This document shows positions 1-16,986 of a stretch of DNA of 64,000 bases, piece after piece. The position numbers and the translations under genes were made by a program. Source of the DNA: the human T2T-CHM13v2.0 reference genome, Homo sapiens. The DNA lies in the NCBI RefSeq assembly GCF_009914755.1, contig NC_060937.1; one strand, given 5' to 3'. How positions within the stretch are numbered: the stretch's first letter is position 1; each line of letters starts with the position of its first letter. The notes below the pieces were generated by a model, which saw only the letters and a list, made by a program, of their open reading frames with translations, made no database searches and had not been told where the DNA came from.

Positions 1-1664
1 GGGACCGGAGGGGAGGGGAGGGGATATACTGAGAATGCTCAGTATATCAATGACAGATAAGGATATAAGAGTGACTGACATTGCCCAAGGAAAAGAAAAG
101 GCCAAGGAGAAAACCCTGGGAGCTACCAATTTAAACAATATCTGAAACCTTTTCCAACCTCTCAAGGCACAGTTACTAGTCAATTCATCTTCTGTGTTCC
201 CACAGCATTTTATACAGACCTGCAGTCTAACACTAAAAAACTGCATTGTGTTTATTTATTTACATATCTGTCTTCATGTGTGGTACACCACAGATGGCAA
301 CAAGTGTGTCATCTTAGAGCTGGCCCTCAATAAACATTTAACCTGAAGGAAAGAATGAAGTAATGCTAACACTCAATAACAAATACTTATACTCGCCAAA
401 TCAGTTATCTCCAATCATCAGTCTATAGATAGGATCATCTGGGTACTATTCTGGGAGCCTAGAGAGTGAATGACTCCATGGATTACCGTTATAACATTCA
501 TGTTCAAAAACACCATCCAATTGCTACAGTTGGAACAAGAGCTTTAAAGCCAACTCTCAGGAGGCATTATTCTACAAATTAGTAGAAGTTGTCCTAGGAG
601 TACTGATTCCCTGGAGGTAGATTTATTTATTTGTACAAGACTGTAGAAGCTGTTCTTTCTGTTAGGCAGCTGCAAGTGATACCCCCCGAGCATCGACCAT
701 CCCCAGCCTCCAGAACTCTTCCTCTTAAAAAAGCAAAACAAAAACCTTCCCTGTCTTTCTACCTTTGACCTTTTTCTCTCTCTCAAAATCTTCCACAAAA
801 AAGCTTAATATAAGTAAATAAAATAAAAGCTGAGTTTCTTTAAAGACTATTAGAAATAATCACTTTGCTAAAATTCAGTTCTGTGATTAAGTACAGAAAT
901 GAAAGGACAGACAATGTGGGTCATAAGTTTCTAATGTGGAGTTCAAATGCTACTGCCAAAAGTGATGTATTAGCTATGACCAGCATATAGGATCAACACA
1001 TGCTAGATAATGGGTCATATTACTTATAAGAACAACTCATGAAATAAAGTAATTTCCTCATTCAGTACAAATTTGCTGCTTTTACACTGTGCTGTGTCTT
1101 TTTAGTCAAGCTGTCAGTCTTCTACTCAATAAACACAGTCCTGAAAGAAGTACTGCCAAGCAGCTTAAGAGAAGAATCTAACCTATTATAACCCTAAAAA
1201 AGAACATATTTATTTTCAGAAAGACAAAAATAAGTTACAACATTAAATTAAGGCTAAGTAAAGGTAAAAAAATTTACCAACAATCCATACTATCAGAGTG
1301 AAGCAGATTCTGTAACATGACTGTGTTTAACAACAAAATTAAGAAAATGGTGTGGTTCTCAGGTAAAAAGAAAAATTACAGATAAGGAAAGGGATTAGGC
1401 TTTCAACTGTTAGAAATATTCAGACAACAAAGAAGAATCATTGTTAGGACATCTCACCTCTGAAAAGTTAAGGACAGACCAAGATCCTGACAGAACATAA
1501 TAGAGAAAATAAAATAAAATTAGAAGTTCAGCCCAGGAGGCTCAACATACATCTAAATAATAAAAGGTACAAGAAAAAAGACCAGAGGAAACTGAGTAAG
1601 TGGGAGTGGAGAGATCTAAGATGATGTAGGAGCTACAAGAATAAAGAGCCACAAGCCCAGATTA

Positions 1665-2021
<357 letters not shown>

Positions 2022-4294
2022 GAAATTGATAGAAGATGGAATTGATAAATATCATGTGTGCCTGAATGTACTGAGGGGAGATTTAGACAGTAAGGGAAGT
2101 GTTTGGGATTAAAAATAAGGCAATATATACATAGAAACAGTCACTTTCTCCTCAATGCTCCCATACAGTATTATACAGACCTTTAGTCTAACATTTAAAA
2201 TTACATTGTAATTACTTATTTACATATCTGTCTCTCTTCATATGTAAGTAATTATTAACTTGAGGAAAAAACAAGATATATGCAAGAAAGGAAAATGAGT
2301 GTTGTATAGTAAACTGCTTAAGTGGGTACAGCTCTTAGGTTATCATAATAATGTAAGCATTGAATAAAGTTCTAAACAAAATTATTATATAACTCTTTAG
2401 GAAGAATAAGGGATAGAAGTGTGCATGTGTAATGAGACAAGAGGTGGTGAAAGAGCTAAACATTAATTTTCCATGTAGAAATCAACAGATTATTCCTAAC
2501 ACTAAAAATAAATCAAATATCAATGAAAGTATACTGTTTAGTGACATAGAAGTAAATACCAAAAGAAAAACCTGAAGTTTGAAAGTAGTAGCCTCTGGGG
2601 AGTAAGATGTGGGAAATGGGAGACTGTCAACTGATCAATCTATGACAGGGGATGGTATTTTTCATAAAATACTTTGAAAAACTATCTGGCTCTAGTTTCG
2701 TGCATGTTTAACAGTGGTAAAATTTCAAATGAAAATTTTTAAAAAGTAAGTGAAGGAAAGAAAGCATTGCTATGATCTCTCTCCACTTTCTCCCAGTGAC
2801 CTCTGGAAATAGAGCTAAGCCTAGTTTGTATTTATGAGAGTGACATAAATCCATAGTGATGAAGGTGGAAAACTTTGAGAAGAAAGTACTATTAACCACT
2901 CTGAGCCAAATTCCTGAAAGTATTTTCATTTGTAAAACTGCCTGTGACCATTAGAGAACTTGGGTACTTTTCATAGAAAAGGGTTGTCATTTCCTTGACA
3001 TTTGGAGACAAGTAGAATGCTTCTGATGTCCTAAGAGAAACTGCCAGGCAGGCATGCTGTGAACTATTGCAAAATTGCTTTGATTCATCCTTCTGAAAAT
3101 ATAAACTGTTCCATGACCCGTGATTCACATGCAAATAATGTGCCAAAGCCGACTGCTATTAACCAAAGTTATGATATGCGAAGGATCTCTAACTTGCCTC
3201 CCTAAACACTCAACCAACCATTTACCAGTCTAAAAGAATTTGATAATGTATACCTCGGAAGTAAAAGCAGCTGTGTAATCAAGTGACTTTTTAGTGACTT
3301 GTAAAGAGACAGGAAGGAATTTAACATTTCCCCTCTTGGAAAAAATTCCAAGAAATTTTTTAACAAATTTCTTCTTAAAATATAAACAATAATAAATACA
3401 CTTAATTATCTTTTACGGGATTTAAATGTTTTAAATAGGGCAGTAAACCCTTTGAGTGGTGATACAGCTTCAATTAAACAGAGAGATTAAGTGATGAGGA
3501 GTTCCTCTGTATGCCAATCTCTAATTCTGTTAAAATATCCATGGAAATGTAGCAAGATAGAAAATAACATATTTGTCAAACTTCATTCTATATAGTATGC
3601 AGCTGAAAGAAGTATTTTCCTTCAAACTTTTTGTTTTGAAATTTTTTTAACTCACAGAAAATGTCAAAAATAGACTACAAATATCCATATATCATTCACC
3701 TAGATATTGCTAACTGTTAAGATTTTACCACATTTGTGTTCTCACTCTGAGAAAGAGAGAGAAAATGTCTGTTTATACACACACACATACATGTCTTTTT
3801 TTCTGAAATATTTGGAAGTTGTAGACTTTTTTTTACTTTATCCCTTAAGTATCTCAACATGCATCTCATAAGAATAGGAATATTCTCCTTCATAACCACA
3901 ATATCATTATCATACTTAAGGAAATTAGTAATTCAATAATATCATATAACATAGTCCATATTTAAACTTTTCTAATTTTTTTATAGCCGTTTTTATTTTG
4001 TTTCCTCCTCCAGGATTCAGTCAAGTCTCACCATTGCATTTGGTTGTTACATCTCCACAAGAAATGTTTAAATAAGCTACAATGGGTAATCCGATATCAG
4101 ATGGCATACTCCAACAATACTGATGACCTCCTTGGAGGATGAGCCCAGTTAATTGTGGGCCCAGCTTTAGTTTTGTTGAGAGAATACAAAATATGAGATC
4201 AAAACTGAATTGACAGGGCAACAGAGGAAAGATTACCTTCTTAAAACCAATGTTCTTATAAAACATTTAAATGCTTATTTAAAAGTAAGGCTGA

Positions 4295-5447
<1,153 letters not shown>

Positions 5448-5651
5448 AAAAGTAAGGCTGAGAGTACAGATTACACCTTGGAGAGCAACCTCAAGTTTTA
5501 AGAAATGCCAAAGTAGTGGCATATCCAGGACACCAAATTATTAAATTGTTCAAAGTTATCTTGGCATTATTCTAGGTTTAGAAAAATCATAAAAAGTATT
5601 ATTTTTAACTTAACAATAAATTAGCAATGGGAGTAATGGACCCCAAATTAC

Positions 5652-5765
5652 CTCTTCTGTAGCTGTTCATCAGACAGTTGCAGCTCCTCCTTTAAACGCA
5701 TATACCTGTCTTCTCTCAGCAGCCTAGAACCATCATAGAGGCTTAGCTCTCGATCATGGATTAAC
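5652..5765 (-). CDS. VWA8: VWA8 exon (~14), 114 nt, (R)LIHDRELSLYDGSRLLREDRYMRLKEELQLSDEQLQK(R)
   Basis: tag|GTT ... GAG|gtaatt, phase 2/2. Confidence 0.95.
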
Positions 5766-6664
5766 CTAACAAGATAAGAAAAAAGCCCGAAAATAAATTA
5801 ATGTGTTTTGAACACTGAAGTTTTCAGAGGCAGAATCAGTCAGCCAACAGTCTATTATTGCTGGCAATTGAGTCTAATAATTTTGTTAGATGGACCTTTC
5901 AAAATTTCAAATTGGCTACTGCTGTTACACTTCGCAAAACTGTTGGTTTCTGTACTGGAGGGCAGTAGTCATAAATATTTGATAGGGATATGAAAGAGGG
6001 GGAGGAGGAGGAAAAAAGAAAAGAGGAGGAGGAAGGAGAGCAAAAGAAACAGCTGAATGAGTATCTCAAGATAACCACAAGGTACATATTAATAAACAAG
6101 GCAGGTGGCACTTACTCTCTTCGGTCTAAAGTAACTCTGTAAGGGTTGGCATAAAAATATTTCTATCTTTGGAATTACAAGATTTAAAAATACAAAAATC
6201 TTATAATGAAATAACTACATTGCTCTACATATGGCAACTCTGAAGGTGACCTAACCATCCACATCACACATAGCATAGTCTTCCAGATGTTGCAATGGCT
6301 GAAAAGCACTGTTCTATATCTCACACCAACCCCTAAGTCTCCTAATGCCCACAATAGAGTTAGCCTACATAGCCTCCATTCTATAAGCACTGAAGGGAGG
6401 GGATGCTGTGTAATGCAGGGGATAGGAGCATGGCCGGTGGAACCAATCAGACCTGGGTTCAACTCCAGCTGTGCACCTTACTAGCTGAATGAGTGGGGAG
6501 AGGGAGAACGACTCTATCTCTCTAAACTCTCGTCTTCCATAACGTTAAGGCAACAGTCACAACTTCACAATATTAATGTGAAAACTAAACAGCTAATGTA
6601 AAATGGATGCTTATAGCTGTTCTCAATCTTGACTGTACGTTAGAATCTTCTGGGAAGTGTTTAA

Positions 6665-7352
<688 letters not shown>

Positions 7353-8493
7353 GCATCAGTATTTTTTAATTGCCACCCTGCAAGGTGATTCCAAGGTTGA
7401 GAACCTGAGAAGCACTGGCTTAGCACAATGCACAGAGTAGGTACTCAATTAATGGTAGTAGCTGCTTCTATTATTACTACTTGCAAACATGCAAGAGATA
7501 GCTAATAAAATGGGACTATTACCGTGTCTGCAGTGGTCTGGGAGAAAAAAATATTGTAAATCTATGGAACGTTTATGGTAAATCACTGAAAGTTTGTGAC
7601 TATTTTTAAATGTTCTAAAATCTAATCAGGATTAACATAACGTATTTAGAATTTTTAATTACATTCAGTATCTGCATCACATCAAGAAAAAAAAAACTCT
7701 AAGTGGTTAGTTGGATAATGGCTTATTCTACTTATTTAACCTTTCCTAATGAGTCACAGTTAAAAATCAAATGTCTACAAGTTAGAGAACCAAAATAAAC
7801 AGAAAATATCAGTATCATTAATCTCCTAAAATGATACAAGATGGGAATATTTTCTACAAAAGTTACACACGAAGAGCCTTCTCTTAACATTAAATTCTAG
7901 AGAAGTTTTAGGAATGTGTGGAAATTTTTCCCAACTAAACCAAAATAAGAAAACAATAGTTATAGAAATGTTCAAGTTTATAATTAACAAAGTGAGCTTT
8001 TTTAGTCTATATAAAATATAATTTAAAGCTATTATATATTTTACAAACAAAACTACTTTTCTCTCTCTCAAAAAAAAAAGATTCCAACAAGACCAACCAA
8101 TAATTAAGATCTATGATTGATAAGGAGTGTGTAAATACTGAAGCTGTGACTCTGACAAATTATAGAAACTTCAGCAATGTGACATGCTGCATATATAGAC
8201 CTGTATATATAAAGTTTTTCAAACTTACTACTGAAGCACTTTCTTTTTGCAGTGCCTACACACGGAATTCTGCTACAGGAGTGGCTTTTCCCAAAATGTT
8301 CATTATTTGGAGTTTTACTGCATTGTGTTTATAACAATAAAAAAGTGCCATTCTACTTGGTATAGAATCATGATTTTTCAGGATCTACACAACCCAGTTT
8401 AAAAAAAAGAAAAAGAATGAGATAGTTCCATCTTTACTGCTTAAGTCAGAGTGGGGTGTGTGTCTGTGTGTGATTTTTGTGACTCATACCCAC

Positions 8494-8654
8494 CTTTGCA
8501 ATACAGCAAGCGTGCCCGCATTCACCCGGTGAATGCCATCCAGCAGGACCAGCTTGCCTTCCAGAGCAGCATTCACAAGGGGTGAGGACCGCCAGGCAGT
8601 GTCTCCATTTGGAAGGGTGTATCTCTGCTGTAGCAGATCACGCGCTGTCATATC
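8494..8654 (-). CDS. VWA8: VWA8 exon (~13), 161 nt, DMTARDLLQQRYTLPNGDTAWRSSPLVNAALEGKLVLLDGIHRVNAGTLAVLQ(R)
   Basis: tag|GAT ... AAG|gtgggt, phase 0/2. Walker B-like LVLLDG. Confidence 0.95.
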
Positions 8655-9675
8655 CTAAAACAAATCCCCACCACCCAACAAAGAACATGACGAATTAATT
8701 TTTAAGACATGCAAGGTAGCTTACATGGCTTTATAGAGTCACCTCCGTCTGAACTTAACATTCCATATAGTAACAGAGAAGTCATCTTCTCCAATTCCTA
8801 AAACGAAAGCTCTTCAGAAAGCTTTTTTTTGGTCATTTTAGGATTTTTTTCCATTACTCATTACATAATATAGTAAGAGTGAGAGGTTTTTTTCCCTACT
8901 TTATATTTAGCATTTTCTTCCGCTTTTAAAATGTTCGTTTACATAATGGCAGTAATTTCCACCTGAATAACAGAATTTAACTCAATCAGCTCTATTCCTG
9001 TGTTTTCATATGCCAACTTTTATGGTGACCTAACCATCCATGTGTTGACTCAATTTTAAAATGAGAGATCATGCAAACTCAACATGCAGAGATGTTTATC
9101 AATAATGTGCATTTTCTAGCAGTTGATGAGTTTTCCTGAAAAGCTATGCTAGGACCATCACAATGACTCATTTTATTTAAAGAGGCTTGATAATGGAGGA
9201 AATTGAAGAGGACAGTCATCAGATGAGGTACAGGAATTGGGAAACAATAGCATAGCACTTAAAAGCAATTTTTAAAAGCACACACACAATGTGCTAACAA
9301 TAAAATAGTGTAACAGACTTAAGCAAACTATTAATAGTTGTGGCATATAAAAGTTTATCTACTGTAAAAAACTGGAGCTATATAATATGAACAATTTTTT
9401 CTTACATGTGCTAATGTGGATAGTTTCTTTTCTATCACCTTCAGATACATTTTGTGCGACTTATAGCAAAGAAAAGTTAAACACATTTACAGTCATTTTT
9501 ATCCAAATATTTAAAGTCTTCTGTAAATTCTTGGCTACACACTCCCAACTTTCAGCAGATAGAAAACTAATGAATTTGCTTTATATTCATAATGGCAATG
9601 AATCTGTATTGAAACCAAGATTAAAATTTAAGTCTTAATTGTTTCAATCTTCTCACTATCAAGAAAGTACTGACT

Positions 9676-10388
9676 AAATGGCTATTACTAAAAATTCAAA
9701 AAAATAACAGATGCTGGCAAGGTTCTGTAGAAACAGGAACATTTTTACACTGTTGGGAGTGTAAATTAGTTCAACCATTGTGGAAGACAGTGTGGCAATT
9801 CCTCAAAGACCTAGAGGCAGAAATACCATTCAAGCCAGCAATCCCATTACTGAGTATATACCCCAAGGGATATAAATCATTCTATTATAAAGATACATAC
9901 ATGCGTATGTTCACTGCAGCACTGTTCACAAGAGCAAAGACATGGAATCAACCTAAATGCCCATCAATGATAGACTGGATAAAGAAAATGTGGTACATAC
10001 ACACCGTGGAATACTATGCAGCCATAAAAAGGAACTAGATCATGTCCTTTGCAGGGACATGGATGCAGCTAGAGGCCATTATTCTTAGCAAACTAACCCA
10101 GGAACAGAAAACCAAATACCACGTGTTCTCACTTATAAGTGGAAGTTGAATGATGAGAACACATGCACACATGGTGGGGAACAACACACACTGGGGCCTG
10201 TCAGAGGGTGAGAGGAGGGAGGAGGGATAGCATCAGGAAGAACAGCTAATGGATGATGGGCTTAATACCTGGGTGATGGGATGATCTATGCAGCAAACCA
10301 CCATGGCACACGTTTACCCATGTAACAAACCTGCACATCCTGCACATGTACCTCTGAACTCAAAATAAAAGTTGGAAATTTTAAAAAG
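9676..10388 (+). mobile_element. 5'-truncated L1PA (older, ~PA10-like) 3' end
   Basis: ORF2 C-terminus (ORF 9778..10038) plus 3'UTR. TSD AGAAAGTACTGACT at 9662-9675 and 10389-10402. Confidence 0.9.
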
Positions 10389-11047
10389 AGAAAGTACTGA
10401 CTTAGGAAGTATGAATAGGCTCATTTTGAATCATAAAGACCTTTGAAAAACAGTAACATTCAAACTCAGCAACTTCCCATAAACTTAAAAGGCTGGTTTT
10501 GACACATTGTCAAAATTTGTTCTTTTTAAATAACTTTATTTAATTCTTCAACTATGAATTCTAAATTATATGCAAATTATATGAGCAATATCACTCTCTT
10601 GATGCCAATGACAGTTATAACAACCAAGACTAAATTGATCACCATCATCCGTGTTTACTGAGACAGTCACGACATTCCTCATTTTTCCTGGGCCCAAGCA
10701 AAAGATTCATTCCCACTCATGCTTATGCTACAGAACACCAAAGGGATCGCTCTCTAGAACAGGACAAAATCAAAATAAGTGTCTGTGGGTCATTTTTATA
10801 GTCAAACTATGAAAAAAAATCAAATATTACATATGCATATACATGTGCATATAAATATATATGTGTCTGTATATATATGTATGTATACAAATACATACAA
10901 ACACACAGAATTTTTTAAAGTAAATATAAAAACAGATAAATTTAAAGAAAACTCCTGGTATGAATCATTCCAGAAAAATATTTGCCATAGAGTTACATCA
11001 CACATTACCTTGGAAAAGTAAAAAAAGAAACAGAAAACACAGTTTAG

Positions 11048-11232
11048 CGCAGTGGTTCAAAATTAAAGATACATTATCAGAAACAGGTGGGGAACTTTTG
11101 AAACATATATAAACTTAAGCTCCACTATCCTGAAGATTCTGATTCATCAGGGCCAACATGGGGCCTACCATCTGTTTTTTATTAAACATTACATAGATGA
11201 TTCTGATATGCCTCCCACGTGGGAAACACTGC
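11048..11232. mobile_element. MER5A-like fossil
   Basis: GCAGTGGTTC ... AAACACTGC termini; GATTCTGATTCA core. Confidence 0.6.
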
Positions 11233-12150
11233 TTAAAAAGATATTAAATTAAAATTCACTTATCTATACCCTTCCTTGTTCTAATATGATGTGAGATTGC
11301 AAAAGATATACAAAATGCACAACAAAATAACATAAATTAAAAGTAAAGTTAAAAATAAGAGAAAAAAAGAGTAGGCTTTGTCTATTTTAAGCATTCCTAT
11401 TGGAATTCAGAGAGGAGATGGCAGGATGAAGGCATTCAACTAATATCATACTTTCAAAGAAACTGATGGATGTTAATTTTGAAAATCACAGCTTCAGACT
11501 GAAAACAGCTGATATCCTGGCCCAATTAAGGTTAGGAGTCTTTTGCTTGGGCCCAGGAAAAGATGAGGAATGTCGTGACTTCAGCAGACATAAGAGGCTC
11601 AGACTCCTAAAAAGCTGAAGCTAAAAACTGGTAACATTTTTTTTTTAATTTCAATAGAAAGAATTCCTCATTCTTATACCAACATATCTGAATCACCATT
11701 CTGTGCATGATATAAAAAAGCACTATTTCATTTGGTTATGATTCCAAAGTATTTTTTATCTTATTAATTCACAGGATGTGTACAGTACTTACCTTATTCA
11801 AGTAAGTAAACATTTATACTAACAGAGATGATGAAAAAGACAACTAGTACATAGGGCTCTTCTTTTACAATCTAGTAGTTGGAGACTCGCTTACATTTGC
11901 TAAAGTAAAATGAATGATTATTTTTTGCTACACAATATGCAGCAGCAGATCAATATAGCTCACCGCTATAAATGCCAACCAAAGCTATAGACCAGAAATG
12001 TTCTTCCTCTTTTCAATCTTCGGAGGGATAGAACATGGGAAATACTTGATATTTCTTAGAAGACTAGCTCAGTTAAATTTTATCACCTAAACTCTGTATA
12101 CCATCATATTAGAAAGAGCCATTCTTCATTTTTAATAAACACACACGTGC

Positions 12151-12158
12151 AGATAGAT

Positions 12159-12204
<46 letters not shown>

Positions 12205-12335
12205 GATTTTTAAAAAATATTTTGTAGAGACAAGTTCTCACTCTGTTGTCCAGTCTGGTCTTGAACTCCTGGCCTCCAGCAATCCTCACACTTCAGCCTC
12301 CCAAAGTGGCAAGATTACAGGTATGAGCCACTGCC
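12151..12335 (-). mobile_element. Alu monomer (FLAM-like) with adjoining (GATA)n tetranucleotide STR at 12151-12204
   Basis: Reverse-complement left-arm motifs; the GATA array sits where the tail would be. Confidence 0.8.
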
Positions 12336-13881
12336 AATTTCTAATAAACCTTTGCATCAAAATAAAAACCTTCCTAAGAGAAAGAAAAGCACTCCCTTTA
12401 ATATAAGCTATTGGTTTTCATAATTAACAACTTCTATTGAAAGACAAACATTTCAGCTTTTCCTTAAAGAGATAGTTGGCCCTACTTTCCCCAATATTAG
12501 TTATTATCAGAAGGTATTTTCAATTGTGTGAAAGTGCAAGGACACCAAAGCAAAACTAAACTTTCACAGAACAACTGAATCTAATCAAATCTAATTAATA
12601 AAACTTTTCAGCATAGGCTGAATGGGGAAGTGATATGAACTAATTTCAGGTAATAAGCTAATGTTTAAACCAAAGTAACATCACTTTCAATGGTTTCTGT
12701 CTATAGAATATTTGGTTTGTAGTACCATGAAATTATTGTTTTAATATCTTTAACAGACACTGCATCATGGAGTTGTGAAAAATATATATCATTTCCTCAT
12801 TCTTCCCATCTACATGCACATTGCTATTAGTAAGCAGAAATGCAAATTTCTTTTTAAAAGTGTGCTTATTCCATACGGGCATTTGGGAAACACCCTAATA
12901 AAAATCAAGAAAAATCAACATCCTTATTTTTGCATATATTTTTCTTATCCTGAAACTCTTGAACTTAAGAGAATAAAAATAGCACTAATGATATCATAGA
13001 GCCTGATCCACTTCCTCTTTCTGCATTTCCTTAACATTTTTAAAATAACAGGACATGAAATTTAATTCCTTTAGGTCTACCACTGTCTAACCTTGAACAC
13101 CTCACTTTCATTCAGATCCCTGGAAAACATCCATGTATCTCTTACGATTCCATGTCAATTGGAATTATGTTCTTTTGATTTGTAACTGAGAAACTCTACT
13201 GAAAATAAAAACATCCTGTTAAAATGAGAAGCACAACTCAAGAAATGGATCAGAGAACATAAATTTGAGCCTTAAAGCAATGATATGCTTTAAATGTTTT
13301 TAGTACCTTTAAATGATCTAAGCTAATTTTTTTGAGAATTCCCTTGAGAAATCCAGATACAGTCAATACTCAATAAAATAACTGTACAAAGTGGTTGTGT
13401 GTACAGTATCTAGAATATCATTAGAATTATTTTTCCAAGGCATAATGTCATTCAGAAAAAAATCTGAAAATATTATAGTACATTGTTAGTGTGTAAAGAA
13501 ATTTGAGCTACCTCTCTTACTGATACTAAAGTAAAATTTTACATTATAATGCACATATAACTGTCTTATAGGAAATTAAATTGCTTGTAGCAAAAGTAGA
13601 ATATCAAAGTACATATAGAGTATGACTTCAACCAGGTTTAAAAAATACGCATTTCTACCACATATATAAACCCAACAGTTTCAGAAAGTATTTAAGTTGA
13701 GTTGCAAAAATATGCTTAATATAATGTATTATAAAATTAAACATAAGTGGACAAGGAAAACTAAACAAGGAAAGATGAAACTAAGGAAAAAATAATATGC
13801 AAAATATATCTGAACAGTCTAAAATTTGAATCTAATCTAATATCCAACATAAAGAGTGACACTAAAAAAAAGTTACAGGTG

Positions 13882-15591
13882 TTCCTGTATTAGTTTGCTG
13901 AGAATGATGGTTTCCAGCTTCATCCATGTCCCTGCAAAGGACATGAACTCATCCTTTCTTATGGCTGCAGAGTATTCCATGGTGTTTTTGTGACAAATTT
14001 TCTTTATCCAGTCTATCATTGATGGGCATTTGGGTTGCTTCCAAGTCTTTGCTATTGTGAATAGTGCTGCAATAAATATATGTGCGCATGTGTCTTTATA
14101 GTAGAATGATTTATAATCCTTTGGTTATATACTGAGTAATGGGATTGCTGGGTCAAATGGTATTTCTGGTACTAGATCCTTGAGGAATTGCCACACTGTC
14201 TTCCACAATGGTTGAACTAATTTACACTCCCACCAACAGTGTTAAAGCATTCCCATTTCTCCACATCCTCTCCAGCATCTGTTGTTTCCTGACTTTTTAA
14301 TGATCACCATTCTAACTGGCATGAGATAGTATCTCATTGTGGTTTTGATTTGCATTTCTGTAATGACCGGTGATGATGAGCTTTTTTTCATATGTCTGTT
14401 GGCTGCATAAATGTCTTCTTTTGAAAAGTGACTGTTCATATCCTTCGCCCACTGTTTGATGGGGTTTTTTCTTGTAAATTTGTTTAAGTTCCTTGTAGAT
14501 TCTGGATATTAGATCTTTGTCAGATGGATAGATTGCAAAAATTTTCTCCCATTTTGTAGGTTGGCTGCTCACTCTGATGATAGTTTCTTTTGCTGTGCAG
14601 AAGCTCTTTAGTTTAATTAGATCCCATTTGTCAATTTTGGCTTTTGTTGCCATTCCTTTTGGTGTTTTAGTCATGAAGTCTTTGCCCATGCCTATGTCCT
14701 GAATGGTATTACTGAGGTTTTCTTCTAGGGTTTTAGTTTCTAGTTTTCCTAGCACCATTTATTAAATAGGGAATCCTTTCCCTATTGTTTGTTTTTGTCA
14801 GGTTTGTCAAAGATCAGATGGTTGTACATGTGTGGTGTTACATCTGAGGCATCTGTTCTGTTCCATTGGTCTATATCTCTGTTTTGGTTACTGTAGACTT
14901 GTAGTACAGTTTGAAGTCAGGTAGCATGATGCCTCCAGCTTTGTTCTTTTTCCTTAGAATTGTCTTGGCTATACGGGCTCTTTTTTGGTTCCACATGAAA
15001 TTTAAAGTAGTTTTTTCTAATTCTGTGAAGAAAGACAATGGTAGCTTGATGGGGATAGCATTGAATGTATAAATTACTTTGGGCAGTATGGCCATTTTCA
15101 TGATATTGATTTTTCCTATCCATGAGCATGGAATGTTTTCCCATTTGCTTATGTCCTCTCTGATTTCCTTGAGCAGTGGTTTGTAGCTCTCCTTGAAGAG
15201 GTCCTTCACATCCTTTGTAAGTTGTATTCCTAAGTATTTTATTATCTTTGTAGCAATTGTGAATGGGAGTTCACTCATGTTTTGGCTGTTTGTCTATTAT
15301 TGGTGTGTTGGAATGCTTGTGATTTTTGCACATTGACTTTGTATCCCAAATACTGCATGTTCTCAGTCACAAGGGGGAGTTGAATGAGACCACATGGACA
15401 CAGGGAGGAGAACATCACACACTGGGGCCTGTCTGGGGATGGCGGGGCTAGAGGAGGGATAGCATTAGGAAAAATACCTAACGTAGGTGACGGGTTGGTT
15501 GATGGGTGCAGCAAACCACCATGGTACATGTATACCTATGTAACAAACCTGCACGTTCTGCACATGTATCCCAGAACTTAAAGTATTAAAA
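13882..15591 (+). mobile_element. 5'-inverted, truncated L1PA (~PA6-7): inverted part 13882-15345, forward 3'UTR 15346-15591
   Basis: ORF2 fragments on the minus strand, 3'UTR and poly(A) on plus. TSD AAAAAAAAGTTACAGGTG at 13864-13881 and 15592-15609. Confidence 0.93.
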
Positions 15592-15605
15592 AAAAAAAAG
15601 TTACA

Positions 15606-15893
<288 letters not shown>

Positions 15894-16044
15894 GGTACAT
15901 AAGTCATGATGATCACAACATCAACACCAAATCAGAAGCAGCACCACAATTCTTGATAATAAAATTGAGAAAAATTTGTTTCATGGGTCAGGTCATCCTA
16001 TAGAGAACAACATGTTAAAGAGTTAAAAATAGAAGTAATAATAA

Positions 16045-16240
16045 TTATTACAGCTAATCCTTATGGAAAGCCTAACAAGTGCCAGGTACTTTGCATATGT
16101 TAACTCATGTAATCCTTATAACCTGAAGAGCCATGTACAATTATGTTCTTCATTTTACAGAGAAGAAAACTGAGGTATGAGAAGGTCAAACAGTTTACCC
16201 AATCAAGGACACACAGCTAGCAGGCAGAGGAGCCAGATTG
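16045..16240 (-). mobile_element. MIR fragment
   Basis: MIR core CATTTTACAGAGAAGAAAACTGAGG. Confidence 0.75.
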
Positions 16241-16627
16241 TCCTCAAGTATATTATGACAATGAACACAGCAATAAATTTCACTAAAAGAAATTCCCATA
16301 AGGAAAGAGCTGGATTGGATTAATGAACCCATGAATAGATTGCAGTTAATATAGGAATATACCAATAACACACCTCTCAGGCTAGCTTCACAAATTAACT
16401 TCTAATAAGTCTCAATCATCTTCTTTGAGAAGAGTTAAAAAGTGTGACTATGATGCTAACCACTCCCCAAACAGACCCCAAATACAGCTAGTCTTTATTG
16501 TTGTTTTAAAATTTATTTCAAAACATATAAAAAAGATTGAAATAAAAATGCTTTAGTTAAAAGTAAGTACATCTCTAAGTAGATATGATTCTTCATTCTC
16601 ATTTCTGAATTAAAAATATAAACAGTA

Positions 16628-16907
16628 GGCCGGGTGCGGTGGCTCACGCCTGTAATCCCAGCACTTTGGGAGGCCGAGGCAGGTGGATCACGAGGTCAGG
16701 AGATCGAGACCATCCTGGCTAACACGGTGAAACCCCGTCTCTACTAAAAATACAAAAAATTAGCCGGGTGTGGTGGCGGGCGCCTGTAGTCCCAGCTACT
16801 CGGGAGGGGAGGCAGGAGAATGGCGTGAACCAAGGAGGCGGAGCTTGCAGTGAGCCGAGATCGCGCCACTGCACTCCACCCTGGGCGACAGAGCGAGACT
16901 CTGTCTC

Positions 16908-16982
<75 letters not shown>
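16628..16982 (+). mobile_element. AluY with long A tail and (TA)n
   Basis: CpG-rich AluY diagnostics; AAACAGTAG on both flanks. Confidence 0.94.
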
Positions 16983-16986
<4 letters not shown>

